A stretch of 64,000 nucleotides of DNA. Source: Blepharisma stoltei ATCC 30299. Taxonomy: Eukaryota; Protista; Ciliophora. The notes below the pieces were generated by a model that was given only the letters and a program-made list of their open reading frames with translations, was not told where the DNA came from and made no database searches. The position numbers and the translations under genes were made by a program. Of this stretch, positions 48,057-59,596 are shown piece by piece. How positions within the stretch are numbered: position 1 is the first letter of the stretch; every line of letters begins with the position of its first letter. The stretch spans positions 434,001 through 498,000 of the forward strand of contig CBFDEM010000024.1 in the NCBI GenBank assembly GCA_965603825.1, given 5' to 3'.

Positions 48057-48899
48057 TTAATAATAAAATTGTTTTGGGACAGATGAAGACCTTGAAGTAA
48101 ATGCTGAGCGATCTATTGTAGCTTTTAAGTTGCATTTACCCATAACCTCTCTAGCCAATTCTGAAAGCTGTCCATCAACTAAAATTAAATCATCCTTGGA
48201 TTTTAGCTTTCCAATATCTGCCAATTTAGCAATAATTATAGGATTCTTCGGCAAGTTTGGATCTCCAGTTAGTCCTTTTTTAGCTTTTTTAACATTAATT
48301 TTCACTTCAGCTAACGAAGGGCCTTTTAGAGATGGGCTGACATCTAAAGCCAGAGATTCAACAGTTTTATAATAAGTCTTATGTAAATGTTGAGGTAAAA
48401 CATTTTCCCCATTTTTTGTTTCATTTTGATTATTTTTATCTGAAATATACCAAGAGTTGCTTAAAATAGCTTTTTGTTGGTTAAGAGAATCAAAAATTCT
48501 TTCGTATCTGTCTCTTGGAGTAAATTTCAAATCTGGATTGATTTCTTTGGTTTTCAGCCTTTGTCTGAATTGAAATTTGAAAGTGTTATATGGGACTGGA
48601 TCAAGATTTTGATATTTAACCAATGTATCTTTTATTCTTTCTTCATCATTTTTGGGTCTAAATCTGAATGCAGGATCTCCAAGATAGGTGTAGTTTCTTG
48701 CTGTAGAGATTATTCTTGGAATCGGGACTGGATTTTCAGCCATCTCCAAAATTCGTTTTTCAGTTCTTCTTTGGTGAGATTTCACAAGCTCAGCTCTCAT
48801 TTTGATTTGAGCAGTCAAGCTCTTCTTGACTTTTTTTAAGTTGCTTAATTTAGCTTCTTCTTTTTGTTTCTCTCTGTCATGTATATATCCATTATACAT
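48057..48899 (-). CDS. Hypothetical basic protein, 280 aa
   Basis: ORF from ATG to TAA; no family recognised. Confidence 0.7.
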   Translation of the reverse strand: MYNGYIHDREKQKEEAKLSNLKKVKKSLTAQIKMRAELVKSHQRRTEKRILEMAENPVPIPRIISTARNYTYLGDPAFRFRPKNDEERIKDTLVKYQNLDPVPYNTFKFQFRQRLKTKEINPDLKFTPRDRYERIFDSLNQQKAILSNSWYISDKNNQNETKNGENVLPQHLHKTYYKTVESLALDVSPSLKGPSLAEVKINVKKAKKGLTGDPNLPKNPIIIAKLADIGKLKSKDDLILVDGQLSELAREVMGKCNLKATIDRSAFTSRSSSVPKQFYY

Positions 48900-49198
48900 A
48901 CTTTATTATAATAACGCTTGTAAAGGTATCATATTAATGCAAATAAAAAAGCAAAAATATAATTTTTAAGCTAGTTCTGCACTGTTAATTTCAGCCTCCA
49001 GAATCTTTCAAAAAATTATTAATTAAGTTTAGACTATCTTTGAGGGGTAATAACCGTCTTTGGAGAAGCTGCTGGCTCATATTTAATGGAGTTTCTTTAT
49101 TATTCGAGGCTTTTAAATAAATCCATTAGACAATGTAAAAGTATATCTTAAGTATAATGCAAATGGCTTAAAAAACTCAGCTATCTAATAATTATTAT

Positions 49199-51627
49199 AT
49201 GACGGAGAAGAAATGCTTCGAGCCAGGGTGCATAAATGAGGTTGGGTATTCATGCAATTGCTCTTCTCCTGAAACTTTATTGTGCAATGAGCATACTGGG
49301 GAGCATGTAAACTCGCCTAATAGAGCTCATAATCTTAAATCAATTTTTATGCACCCTTGTGAAGGGACAAAAGAAGCAATTCTTGAATTTCTTACAAGAG
49401 AAAATTCAAAATATACCGAGTTGAAAAGAAAAATTATAGATTCCTTTCCTAATTGAGAGAAAGATTTAGGAGATTTCACAAGCAAGTTGGAGTGCTTCTC
49501 AGGTGAAATAAATTATTTTTTTGCAAAGATTTCCCAAGTTTCAAAACGATTAAAGTCAGACCAAGATCCAATTTTAGGATTATTGAGTTTACAGCCTCAA
49601 GAAGCTATTGAGAAAATAAAATTGATGACCATAACCAGCAGAGATTGATACAAAGGTGCAATGCTGTTTTATATATTAAACCAAAAGTTAGAGAATCTAA
49701 ATAGATCCTTCTTTACAGAAATATGTGGGACATATCTAAAAAAAAGGAATATGCAGAATACTCCTGAAATACATAATAAAACTAGTATGCCAACAATTAT
49801 AGAGCCAGTAAACGTTAAGGATTCGATTTCCTTGATAATAAATGAGGACAATGAGAGTCTAAAAGGACTTCAAAGCATAAGCAAGCCAATAAAAAATAAC
49901 CTAGAAAACGAGATAAGCTTGCTTAATTCTCAAAAAAGCACTGCTTCTAAAGATCTCATTAATAAGTCCAAGGAAACAGAAAGCGCTTTAAACGTTATAG
50001 ACACCTTAAGAAATAAAACAGCTGAGATTTTGAGTAGACCAAACAATCCAGAATTAGAGATAAATTTCAGAACAACTGCTCAGAAATTCAGACAAATTCT
50101 AATTTGAATGACCCGACACTAATGCAAGCTTACCAAGATTATCTTAATGCTTATCAACAAAAGACATCTCTTTATAGTATTACAAGAGATGGCAACAGAA
50201 GAAGAACTAATTTGCATATTTATAACACTGAAACTGAAGCAGAAGAAGTCAAAAACTTGAAGACTCTAACACCACTAGACAAGACAACTTGTATAACTCA
50301 ACTTCCAAATGGCAAGCTATTCTGTTATGGTTATAATCTTGCTTCTGGAATTACAGTTTTAATTGATGTAAATGGTGGAGTCGAAATGCTGCCATCTGGA
50401 ACTCCTTGTTTATTATCATCATGCATCTATTTCAACAACAGCCTCTATTGCTTTGGAGGACATAATAATGAAGGCAAATTAACTCTATCTAGTAGATTCG
50501 ATTTGGATCGAAATCGATGAATTCCATTAACTCCAATCCCATAAGGTGATTGCGGGTGCAGTAGCATAATATTTAATCGAAATATATTGATTTCTGGACA
50601 TTTAAATAGAAATCTTTTGTTATACTCAATTGATATTGACTCTTTCTCGACAATTCCTTATAGGTTTGCAAAAAATAAAAGCAAGATCTTGATAACTGCA
50701 GAGAGACTATATTTGATTGAGTGCCAAAATGGATCAATCTATGAAAGCGAAATTGGAAGTTACTTGAATTGGAAACAAATAGGAAAATCAATAATCGATT
50801 ATCTTCTTCAATTTCACTGCTCATATAATAAAGGATTTATATACATCTCAATTGTTTCTCCATCAACTAGAGAACATTATTTTTTTAATTTAGATCAAAA
50901 AATCATTATTGATGTTGCTTACTATAATGAGCTTCTCTCACTTAGAAGAGTGGGTAAGAAGATTGAAGCAATAAAGTTCAATAACCTCGATCCTTATTAT
51001 CTGGATGAATCAAATTTAAAAGATGTCGCTCTAACAACTGTAGCTGAATATCTAGACGAAATCATATGCTGTGATGAAGATATCGAATTCAATCCAAACA
51101 ATGCTACTTTATACAGTCGTAAAGGCCACTTTTTAGTTTGTTTAGGAAGATATCTAGAAGCCGCCGAATGCTATGAGGAAGCAATCAAACTCGATCCAAA
51201 CGATGTTGATATTTACTGGAAGAAAGGATCTGCTTTATATGAATTAGGAAGATACCTAGAAGCAGTAGAAAGCTATGATAAAGCAATCAAAATTAATAGA
51301 AATAATGCCAAGTATTATAAAGATAAAGGCAATGCTCTTTATGCTTTAGAGAGATATCAAGAAGCAATACAATGCTATGATGAGGCAATCGAGCTTGAAC
51401 CCAATAATCCTTTGCATTTCTGCAGCCGAGCGAGAGTATTTAATAATCTCAGACAAGAAAAAGCAGCTTTGCAAGACTTTAATAGAGCCTATAATTTGAA
51501 GCAAGAAAATCAAGAAAGTGGTGTTTTTACTGGGCGTGAATGGAAACTTTCTAAAAAAGATATCAATTTTATTAACGACTTATTAGGCCGAGACCGTATT
51601 GAACTACTCCAAAAAATGCAGATTTAG
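49199..51627 (+). pseudogene. Disrupted Cys/His-rich + coiled-coil + Kelch-like + TPR gene
   Basis: TGA at 49454, 49646 and 50518 read as Trp, but a frameshift (~50035-50115) and an in-frame TAA at 50542 inside the Kelch region remain, with no GT-AG 15/16-mer to remove them. TPR repeats lie at ~51090-51490. Confidence 0.7.
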
Positions 51628-51649
51628 AATAAAATTTGGTTATAATAAG

Positions 51650-52125
51650 ACTTCATTATAATAATTACTGGTTTCAAGAAAAGCACTGTTGGAATGTTTA
51701 TATTTGTTCATATCTCAAATAAAATCGACAAACCCCCTCTTTTCTCAACTGAATATATTTTTTTGAACTTTCTGATAAAAATGTTATATAAGCTCTTTCC
51801 ATCGCTTTTAATTTCTTTTCTGAGGTTTACGTCACTATGATAAACACTTCTTCAAAATTCAAACTATTCATGCAATCCTAAATCTTTAAACATCAATAAT
51901 CCCATCCACTTAACAAATCATTGCAAGCATTAATCGCTGAATTTATTTCTATTGAGCAATCACTTCTATTTGAGCAAGCCCCAAATCCTGTTATCATCAA
52001 CTCTATTCCCCAGGTTGTTCGTATAATTTCTTCTTTATTTTACATTTTTGGTCATAATCGTTCATATAGTAATTTAATTGATGCTAAAAGATTTCACCAT
52101 TTGAGGCACATTTTTCACTATCCAT
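51650..52125 (-). pseudogene. Decayed fragment of a third endoglycoceramidase copy
   Basis: Colinear nucleotide similarity to ~52730-53210 (shared ttcaagaaaagcactgttgga and ctatttgagcaagccccaaat), with indels. Confidence 0.85.
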
Positions 52126-52593
52126 AAGAATAGAGTTTTAATTATTGAAGTTTAAGTGAAATATCAAGGAATAAAACAGTTAGATATTGATAGCCTTTTT
52201 TTAAAGGCTCAAAAAAGGCACTTATATAAATGGCTGCACTTTAAGAATTAAATAGAAATTGCTAGTTCAAGTTTCTTTCATATATAGGTACACAAAAATC
52301 TTGGTAAAGGCAGAGTAATGCACAAAGACGCACCAAATTTAAAATTCTAGGAAAAATTTTAAATAGATTTGGTGAGCGATCTGACAATCTAAACATGGGA
52401 CAGATAACAGATGCACTTTAATCAATTTATTTTTATCTTTCTCAATTTATTTGCCAGTTCTTTTTATATATTTACTAAACAAAACATTTTTTGGGCTATT
52501 CGTAAAAAAATTTATTGAAAAAGTCGATCTTTTTTATATCAATACAAAAATTAAAATAAAATAATTGACTTTCTACTTGATATTAATTAAGGT

Positions 52594-54183
52594 TTATTTT
52601 GCTTTTGGAGTTATGATAATAGTTGTTGTGGAGGCTACTGGATTCGGGAACAAAATGTTAATGAAGTTTCCTTTGCTCGTGATTTGAGGCTTCAAATCCA
52701 GTGTATTAGAAACTGTAAGAGTGTATCCATTAGGATAAACAAGTGCTGCATTCAAGAAAAGCACTGTTGGAGCACTCACATTAGGTGATAACTCAAATGT
52801 GGTTGAGAAATACCCTGTAGTATCAATGAAATATATTTTTGTTGGAACACCCTGATAATAAGGCACATAAGTTCTTTCCAGCGCTTTCAATTTCATAGTT
52901 TGCAAGTTTCCATCCCCATCATAAAGCCCTTCTTCCAAATTTCCACTTGTCGTGTAATCTCCAAATCCTTTAAACATCCAATAAGACCATCCAGTTAAAT
53001 ACTTATCACAAGCATTGGTCACTGAATTTATTTCAATAGGACAATCAGTCCTATTTGAGCAAGCCCCAAATTCTGTTATCATCAGCCCTATTCCTAGGTT
53101 GTTAGCATCTTCTCTTCTTAATTTTACTTTTTGGTCATGGAATCTTTCACATAACAATTTAGTTGATGCTGGAGGGTCTCCACCATTTGCGGTACATTTT
53201 TCATTTTCCATGTCACAGCAATATAAATGGTCATTTAAAACTTGGGCATAATTGAGACTTGGACCGCCAGGGGTTTCGTTAAATCCTGCATTAAAAACTA
53301 TTCCACCTAAGATAGGTAATAAATCTGATTGAACAGGCTCAAAAAAGAGGATCTTGTTTGAGTCATATTTTCTGACGACGTTATTCACTTTTTGATAGAG
53401 TGGCTGAAGGCCTTCTTTATCAAAAACTCCTGGAACTGCATAAGTTGGCTCGGTGTACATGTCTGCTGCTAAAGGCTCGTTTATTGGATCATAGCCGACT
53501 ACATAGTTATTATTAACGAAATATTGGGAAACAACGCCCCAATAAGCAAGGAATTTGTCTTGTAGCCCATTGATATTTTTATAAAGTCTATTGAAAGCAT
53601 CCATTGCTTGAGGGGTTGCATAGTATTCTGCAAACAGATGAGTAAGGCAGTCTGAAATTAAAGGATCCCCATTAGAATCATAAGTAAAATTGAACTTAGA
53701 CATAGGAGTGCATGCCCCAAATCCTTCTAGTACAGGAGAAAGTTCACCACATGTATCACTTAAATTTTGAGCATAAAAATCTGGAACTCCTTCCCCACAG
53801 ATTCTCCTTGCAAAAACATCTTGATGGGCGTCAACAAGCGTATATAACCCTGCAGCTCCTAATTGATTTACCAAATTATTGACTAGTTGCAAATAAGTTG
53901 TATTGTAAACTCCTGGGCTTGTTTCAACAGCTTGCCACATGACACCAAGCCTAACAAAATTAAAGCCCCAGTTAGCTAAGTTTTGGATATCTTGAGGACA
54001 TAAAGACATTTGTGGGTCGAAGCTGGTGGTTATCGGGATATATGGAGCTGATTTTACTACAACATTGACTCCATGGAATATTACTGATCTTCCATAGTCA
54101 TCTTGAAACATTTTTGTGGTCGTATTTACCTTGATAACTGCTGTAACTAAGCCAGCGATGAATAGCAGTAAGAAGGAGAGCAT
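52594..54183 (-). CDS. Secreted GH5 endoglycoceramidase-like glycosidase
   Basis: Signal peptide; GR.VIFHGVNVV.K, WGFNFVRLGVMW, DAHQD, acid/base INEP, nucleophile ITEFG, GWSYW. Confidence 0.92.
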   Translation of the reverse strand: MLSFLLLFIAGLVTAVIKVNTTTKMFQDDYGRSVIFHGVNVVVKSAPYIPITTSFDPQMSLCPQDIQNLANWGFNFVRLGVMWQAVETSPGVYNTTYLQLVNNLVNQLGAAGLYTLVDAHQDVFARRICGEGVPDFYAQNLSDTCGELSPVLEGFGACTPMSKFNFTYDSNGDPLISDCLTHLFAEYYATPQAMDAFNRLYKNINGLQDKFLAYWGVVSQYFVNNNYVVGYDPINEPLAADMYTEPTYAVPGVFDKEGLQPLYQKVNNVVRKYDSNKILFFEPVQSDLLPILGGIVFNAGFNETPGGPSLNYAQVLNDHLYCCDMENEKCTANGGDPPASTKLLCERFHDQKVKLRREDANNLGIGLMITEFGACSNRTDCPIEINSVTNACDKYLTGWSYWMFKGFGDYTTSGNLEEGLYDGDGNLQTMKLKALERTYVPYYQGVPTKIYFIDTTGYFSTTFELSPNVSAPTVLFLNAALVYPNGYTLTVSNTLDLKPQITSKGNFINILFPNPVASTTTIIITPKAK

Positions 54184-54268
54184 TTAATAAATAATTAAGT
54201 TTCTCCTTAAACATGGCGATAAATAAGCTAACTAATTTGAAAATTAAAAAGAAAGAATTTCTTTATTA

Positions 54269-55858
54269 TTAAGCTTCAACAGCAGATTTGGCTGTTATTA
54301 CTATAGTTGTCCTTGAAGATACTGGGTTTGTATATAAAATATTGATGAAATTGCCTTTAGTGGTCACTACTGGCTGTAAATTAAGTGTATTTGAAATAGA
54401 AATATCATACCCATTTGGATAGACCATTGCTTGATTCAAAAATACCACTGTTGGAGCATTCACATTTGGAGAGAGATCATATGAGGTTGAGAAATACCCA
54501 GTCGACGGAATAAAGAATAATTTAGTTGGAACTCCTTGGTAAGCTTGAGCATAAGTTCTCTGTAAGGCTTTAAGCTTATTTGTTTCTAAATTTCCACTTC
54601 CATCATAAAATCCTTCCACTGTGCTTCCAGCAGTTGTGTAGTCTCCATATCCCTTAAATTGCCAATAAGACCATCCAACTAAGTATTTATCACATGCATT
54701 TGTTACTGAAGTAATTTCAGCGACACATGCATCTGAATTAGAACAAGCTCCAAACTCTGTGAAAATTAGCCCAACTCCTAATTTTTCAGCGTCTTGGGAT
54801 CTGACCTTAACTCTGTCATTATGAATTCTCTCACAGTGTTTTGCTTCTGAAAGAGGAGGATCTCCTCCATTTTGAACACAAGGGTTAAAATTAACAGCGC
54901 AGCAGTATGTATGGTCATTTAAAACTTGTGCGTTATTAAAATTCACTCCTCCAGGAGTTTCGTTGAACCCAACGTTAAATATTAATCCTCCTAATGCTGG
55001 CAGCACGTCAGACTGTACTGCTTCGAAAAATAAAATCTTTCTTAAGTCATTTTTTCTAACAGTCACATTTACTTTTTGCCATAGATATTGAAGGACTTCA
55101 CGGTCAAAGTTTCCTGGAACCATATAGTCAGGGTTACTATACATATCAGCAGCAAGAGGTTCATTGAATGGATCATATCCAACTATAAAAGGATTATTTG
55201 CAAAAAATGAAGACACAGTGTTCCAGAATGCAAGGAACTTGTCTTGCAGCCCATTGATATTTTTGTAAAGTCTTTGAAAAGCATCAGCGGCTTCAGGAGT
55301 TGTATAATAGCGAGGGAAATCGTGAGTGAGACAGTCAGAAATCAAAGGATCTCCATTTGCATTATAGGTTAAATTGAACTTAGATAATGGGGTGCAAGCT
55401 CCAAATCCTTCATATACAGGTGATAGCTCTCCACAAGAGTCACTTAAATTTTGAGCGTAGAAGTCAGGGACTCCTTCACCGCAGATTTTACGTGCAAAAA
55501 GGTCTTGATGGGCATCCACCAATACAGAAATCCCAGCTGCTCCTAATTGATTAACCAAGGTATTGACCTGCTGAAGATAAGTCATATTATAAGACCCTGG
55601 ACTTGTTTCGACTGCTTGCCACATAACTCCAAGTCTTACGAAGTTAAAACCCCAGTTTTGGAGATTTTGTATGTCTTGGGCGCAGAGAGACATTTGAGGG
55701 TCAAATGAAGATGTAATAGGAATATATGGAGGAGCCTTTACAACTACATTGACTCCATGGAAGATTATTGTTCGGCCTGAGTCGTCCTCAAACATTCTAG
55801 TTGTGGTATTCATATGGATGGCTTGAGTGAAGCCCAAAAGGAGAATTAAGCTGAGCAT
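54269..55858 (-). CDS. Secreted GH5 endoglycoceramidase-like glycosidase (tandem paralog)
   Basis: Same motifs (FNEP, FTEFG); colinear with the neighbouring copy. Confidence 0.92.
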   Translation of the reverse strand: MLSLILLLGFTQAIHMNTTTRMFEDDSGRTIIFHGVNVVVKAPPYIPITSSFDPQMSLCAQDIQNLQNWGFNFVRLGVMWQAVETSPGSYNMTYLQQVNTLVNQLGAAGISVLVDAHQDLFARKICGEGVPDFYAQNLSDSCGELSPVYEGFGACTPLSKFNLTYNANGDPLISDCLTHDFPRYYTTPEAADAFQRLYKNINGLQDKFLAFWNTVSSFFANNPFIVGYDPFNEPLAADMYSNPDYMVPGNFDREVLQYLWQKVNVTVRKNDLRKILFFEAVQSDVLPALGGLIFNVGFNETPGGVNFNNAQVLNDHTYCCAVNFNPCVQNGGDPPLSEAKHCERIHNDRVKVRSQDAEKLGVGLIFTEFGACSNSDACVAEITSVTNACDKYLVGWSYWQFKGYGDYTTAGSTVEGFYDGSGNLETNKLKALQRTYAQAYQGVPTKLFFIPSTGYFSTSYDLSPNVNAPTVVFLNQAMVYPNGYDISISNTLNLQPVVTTKGNFINILYTNPVSSRTTIVITAKSAVEA

Positions 55859-56141
55859 ATTTTTATTCGCCTAATAACATGAGAAGAATTTATCTTATAA
55901 TATCAGAATGAGATTTAAAACCTACAATTTAATAATGCACTTTTAACCTTACCTTATATTAGTCTACTCAAAAGCTTTTTGATTTGTATAATAATGATGC
56001 TAAAATCTAAAAATCCTCTTTAAATTCCCCAAAAATAAATTTTTTTATATAATTGCCTCAATTAATAATCTTAGCAATTATCCTTTCTCAATTAATCGAT
56101 ATTTTCCTCTTAATTAAATTTCCACTTTCAAATAAATCAAA

Positions 56142-56795
56142 ATGTCACTACTCACAATTTTCCTTGCCAGCTTGGCTTCAGCTCAATGCCCTGCTTACAC
56201 ATGTGCCGAACTCTCAACAGACATTTGCATGACCTGAAGCAATAACGCTGTCCAATTTAACAAAAATAGCTGCACATCTCATAGCCAAAGCTGTTTGATT
56301 TCTAAAGCAATGCTTGAATACTCATTTAACCCTTCACAAGGCAACTATTCTTGTGAGGCATCCTCTTCTTTGGGTTACACATATGGTTTTATGGACTGTG
56401 GAGAACAATTAGAGACAGAAATTTATTTAAAATCTGGAACGTTCCCAAAAAGCTGCTCTTCAGCAGGTTACAGTGATGAGAACTGCTTATTAGAAGATGG
56501 AAATTATTTGGAATGTGGCTGTGGATTCGATTCACTTTTATATTGTAAGCCGAATCCAAGCTCATACGTTTTTAAGAAATTCTGGGATACTTGTTCAGAT
56601 CAAGATAACATTGTGACTTCAGAATTTTATGAATATTATGATCTTCTTTATTCCTTCTACGTTGAATATAATACTGCACCTGACTGCGCTCTGACTCTTT
56701 TCCAGGAGTTTGGCATACTTCAAGGAACAGTTCCTAAAAGCAGTTCAGCTGTTTTTATTGGCTTAGGTGCCATAATTGCAGTCTTTGCTTTCTAA
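56142..56795 (+). CDS. Cys-rich secreted, probably GPI-anchored surface protein, 217 aa
   Basis: ATG 56142, signal peptide MSLLTIFLASLASA, one TGA=Trp, many Cys, C-terminal SSSAVFIGLGAIIAVFAF. Confidence 0.8.
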
Positions 56796-56916
56796 AATTT
56801 TAATTTTTAAGAATTTTAATGCTTGAGCTTTGTATAATCCAAGTATTTAACATAAAAAATAATTTTTAATGGTATTCCTGCAAAACTCTCAATTTATAAA
56901 TCTAGTTCAATTATAT

Positions 56917-57117
56917 TTATCTTTGTGAAAGCTCTTTTAGCGATTGTAAAGTCGCCTCTCTACACTCCATAAATCTTAAAACACAATTCTTGATGCACGA
57001 TTTCTGCTTGCCCGTTAAATTTGGCGAAGGGTCGTTTACACACCTAAGAAAGCAAACATTTGTAGATTTCTTAACAATGTCTGAGAACAAAATATCATCC
57101 AAAGTGGGCTCAGACAT
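56917..57117 (-). CDS. Small Tim chaperone (Tim8/9/10/13 family)
   Basis: Twin CX3C motif (CFLRC...CIKNC..RF), 66 aa. Confidence 0.85.
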   Translation of the reverse strand: MSEPTLDDILFSDIVKKSTNVCFLRCVNDPSPNLTGKQKSCIKNCVLRFMECREATLQSLKELSQR

Positions 57118-57133
57118 ATTTCAATTATAAACA

Positions 57134-58813
57134 ATGTCAATCGAAATAATTCCTCTAGGCGCAGGCCGAGAAGTGGGGAGAAGCTGCGTCATTGTAAGAA
57201 TGGCAGGCCGAACACTTATGTTTGACTGTGGAATCCACATGGGTTATGAAGATCAGCGCAGATTTCCTGATTTTTCTCACATCGCTCAGACTGATGATTT
57301 CACGCCTTATTTTGACTGTGTGCTGATTACCCATTTCCATCTCGACCACTGTGGAGCTCTGCCTTATTTTACAGAGATGAAAGGATACAACGGGCCAGTC
57401 TTCATGAGTGGGCCTACACGAGCTATAGCTCCGCTGATGCTGGAAGATTTCAGAAAAGTGTGTGTTGAGTACAAAGGAGAGTCAAATTTCTTTACAAGTG
57501 AAATGATTAAAGGGTGCATGGCGAAAGTAACAACTATTGAACTGCATCAGACCATTACGGTGTGTGGGGATATTAATATTACTGCTTATTATGCAGGACA
57601 TGTCCTAGGAGCAATTATGTATCATATTGAATGTAGAGGGTACTCACTTGTATATACAGGAGATTATAATATGGCAGGGGACAGACATCTGAGAGGAGCG
57701 TGGATTGAGAGGCTAAACCCACATGTGGTGATATCAGAAAGCACCTATGCGACAAAGTATAAAGAATTGAAGATGAGAAGGGAAAAAATGTTTTTAAAGA
57801 AAGTTGTGCAGACTATAGAAAGAGGAGGAAAAGTACTGATTCCTGTATTCGCATTAGGAAGAGCACAAGAACTTTGTATTTTATTAGATACATATTGGCA
57901 TAGGACGCATATTGAAGTTCCCATCCATTTTGCTGGAGCTTTAACTGAAAAAGCAAATTTATTTTACAAAACTTATATAAACTGGTGCAATGAAAATGTG
58001 CAGCGAACTTTTCTTATGAGAAACATGTTTGATTTTCAGCACATAACTCCTTTTGATAGAGGAAATATCAAAGCAAAAGAGCCTATGGTCTTATTAGCGA
58101 CCCCAGGTATGCTCCACGGAGGTTTATCTCTTAGTGTATTCAAAGAATGATGCGAAGACAGTAAAAACACCCTTATTCTTCCAGGCTACTGTGTCCCAGG
58201 AACAGTAGGCCATACACTATTAAAATCGAAGACAGACGTAGTCATGATTGAAGGAAAAGAATACGAAGTCAGATGTGAAGTCCAAGCTATGTCATTCAGT
58301 GCTCATACAGACCATAGAGGAATTATGCAAGTTCTCAAATGAATCCACTCTAGCAACGTTGTGCTTGTCCATGGCGAAGAAGAAAGAATGAGAGGGCTTC
58401 TGCAAGATGTCCAACAAACAATGGGTGTTCCTTGTTTCATGCCTGGAAATTTAGAACACTTGATGATCCAAGTTAATGCTTCTGTCCCTATGAAAATTGA
58501 GTACCCTCTAATTTGTGACTACCGCGCTACACATCATGTCAATTTCGTAGAAAATATATTCCAAAATAATCCAAGGCCTCAGGAGCTCGAATGCAACATT
58601 ACTGATGATTGGATTTTAGAAGACGCCCGCAGCATTTCGTTCAGCTGTGAGATTTTCTGCAGCCTAAACCAATTAAAATCGACGCTTGAAGACTCTATTT
58701 TGCAGCTACTTTCAATAGAAGAAATTGCTGAGTCAAGGCTGCAGCTGACCTGGGATGCTAAAGATGATACACTAGTCTCTCCTCTCCTTTCTTCTCTCCC
58801 ACAGGCCGCTTAA
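57134..58813 (+). CDS. INTS11: Integrator complex subunit 11 (CPSF73-like beta-CASP endonuclease), 559 aa
   Basis: MFDCGIHMGYEDQRRFPDFS (INTS11-type rather than CPSF3), THFHLDH, AGHVLGA, YTGDYN, FSAHTD and LVHGE. TGA=Trp at 58148 and 58340. Confidence 0.88.
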
Positions 58814-58846
58814 TATTTTACTAACTAATAGATTGTCTTAGCTATC

Positions 58847-59545
58847 TTAATTACCAAACACTACCTTTCTTAACAATGGGACAGTGTTATTGAAAGCCAA
58901 CTCAAGTCTTTCGTCAATCGTATTGATGCATCTAATAAGCCCACCTTGAGATGTAAGAATGACTCCTCCACAGCAGCTTGCCGCATGAGAATCAGCCACT
59001 GGTGCAGGCGGCAAGAAGTTATTTTTATCGATAGTCACATTCAAGCTGTAGTGTCCTGAAGTTTGGCTGTTGATCATGTCTAGATAAGTTGCAGATGCTT
59101 CAGGGAGAACTTGTTCAATCAAAGCTAAGTCTTCTCTGCGGCACTGCAGGGTGATTTCAGCCTCCAGCATCTTGATGAAGCTTTGCACAAGCAGTCTCTT
59201 CAAGAAATCCTTATACTGGTTTGGGTTAGTCTTGATATTTTGGAGGATTGAGTGCTTGGTATCTTCAAGCAGCTGATTCATACAGTTGTTCCTAGTCGTC
59301 ATGATTTCCATGCGTGCTGCGTTGATTGCTGTAGACTTGCTGATCCTTTTCTTGACTTCCAGCTGCTTCCACTTCTTTTCGTACTCAGCGGTGAGCTTTT
59401 CTTTAGCATTATGAAGATGTTTAGCTTTGGCTAAATTGTACTCGTGCTCTGTCTTGCTTTCGATTTCTCTGGCTTTTTCTTTCGCTTCTTCTTGGACGAA
59501 GGAGATCATCTGCCTTATACGTTCTCTTGCGTCACTCTCGTTCAT
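58847..59545 (-). CDS. ATP6V1E: V-type ATPase subunit E
   Basis: IRQMISFVQEEAKEKAREI, S..IN.AR, GGVIL...G.I...NT...RL. Confidence 0.93.
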   Translation of the reverse strand: MNESDARERIRQMISFVQEEAKEKAREIESKTEHEYNLAKAKHLHNAKEKLTAEYEKKWKQLEVKKRISKSTAINAARMEIMTTRNNCMNQLLEDTKHSILQNIKTNPNQYKDFLKRLLVQSFIKMLEAEITLQCRREDLALIEQVLPEASATYLDMINSQTSGHYSLNVTIDKNNFLPPAPVADSHAASCCGGVILTSQGGLIRCINTIDERLELAFNNTVPLLRKVVFGN

Positions 59546-59596
59546 CCGAATAAATTATATAACCATATTTGAGAACAAAGGTGTAATTTAATTTAA

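Noticed and set aside
51921-52127. 68-aa plus-strand ORF similar to ORF 53015-53251
   Set aside because: Both are antisense reads; the similarity reflects the minus-strand GH5 relic.
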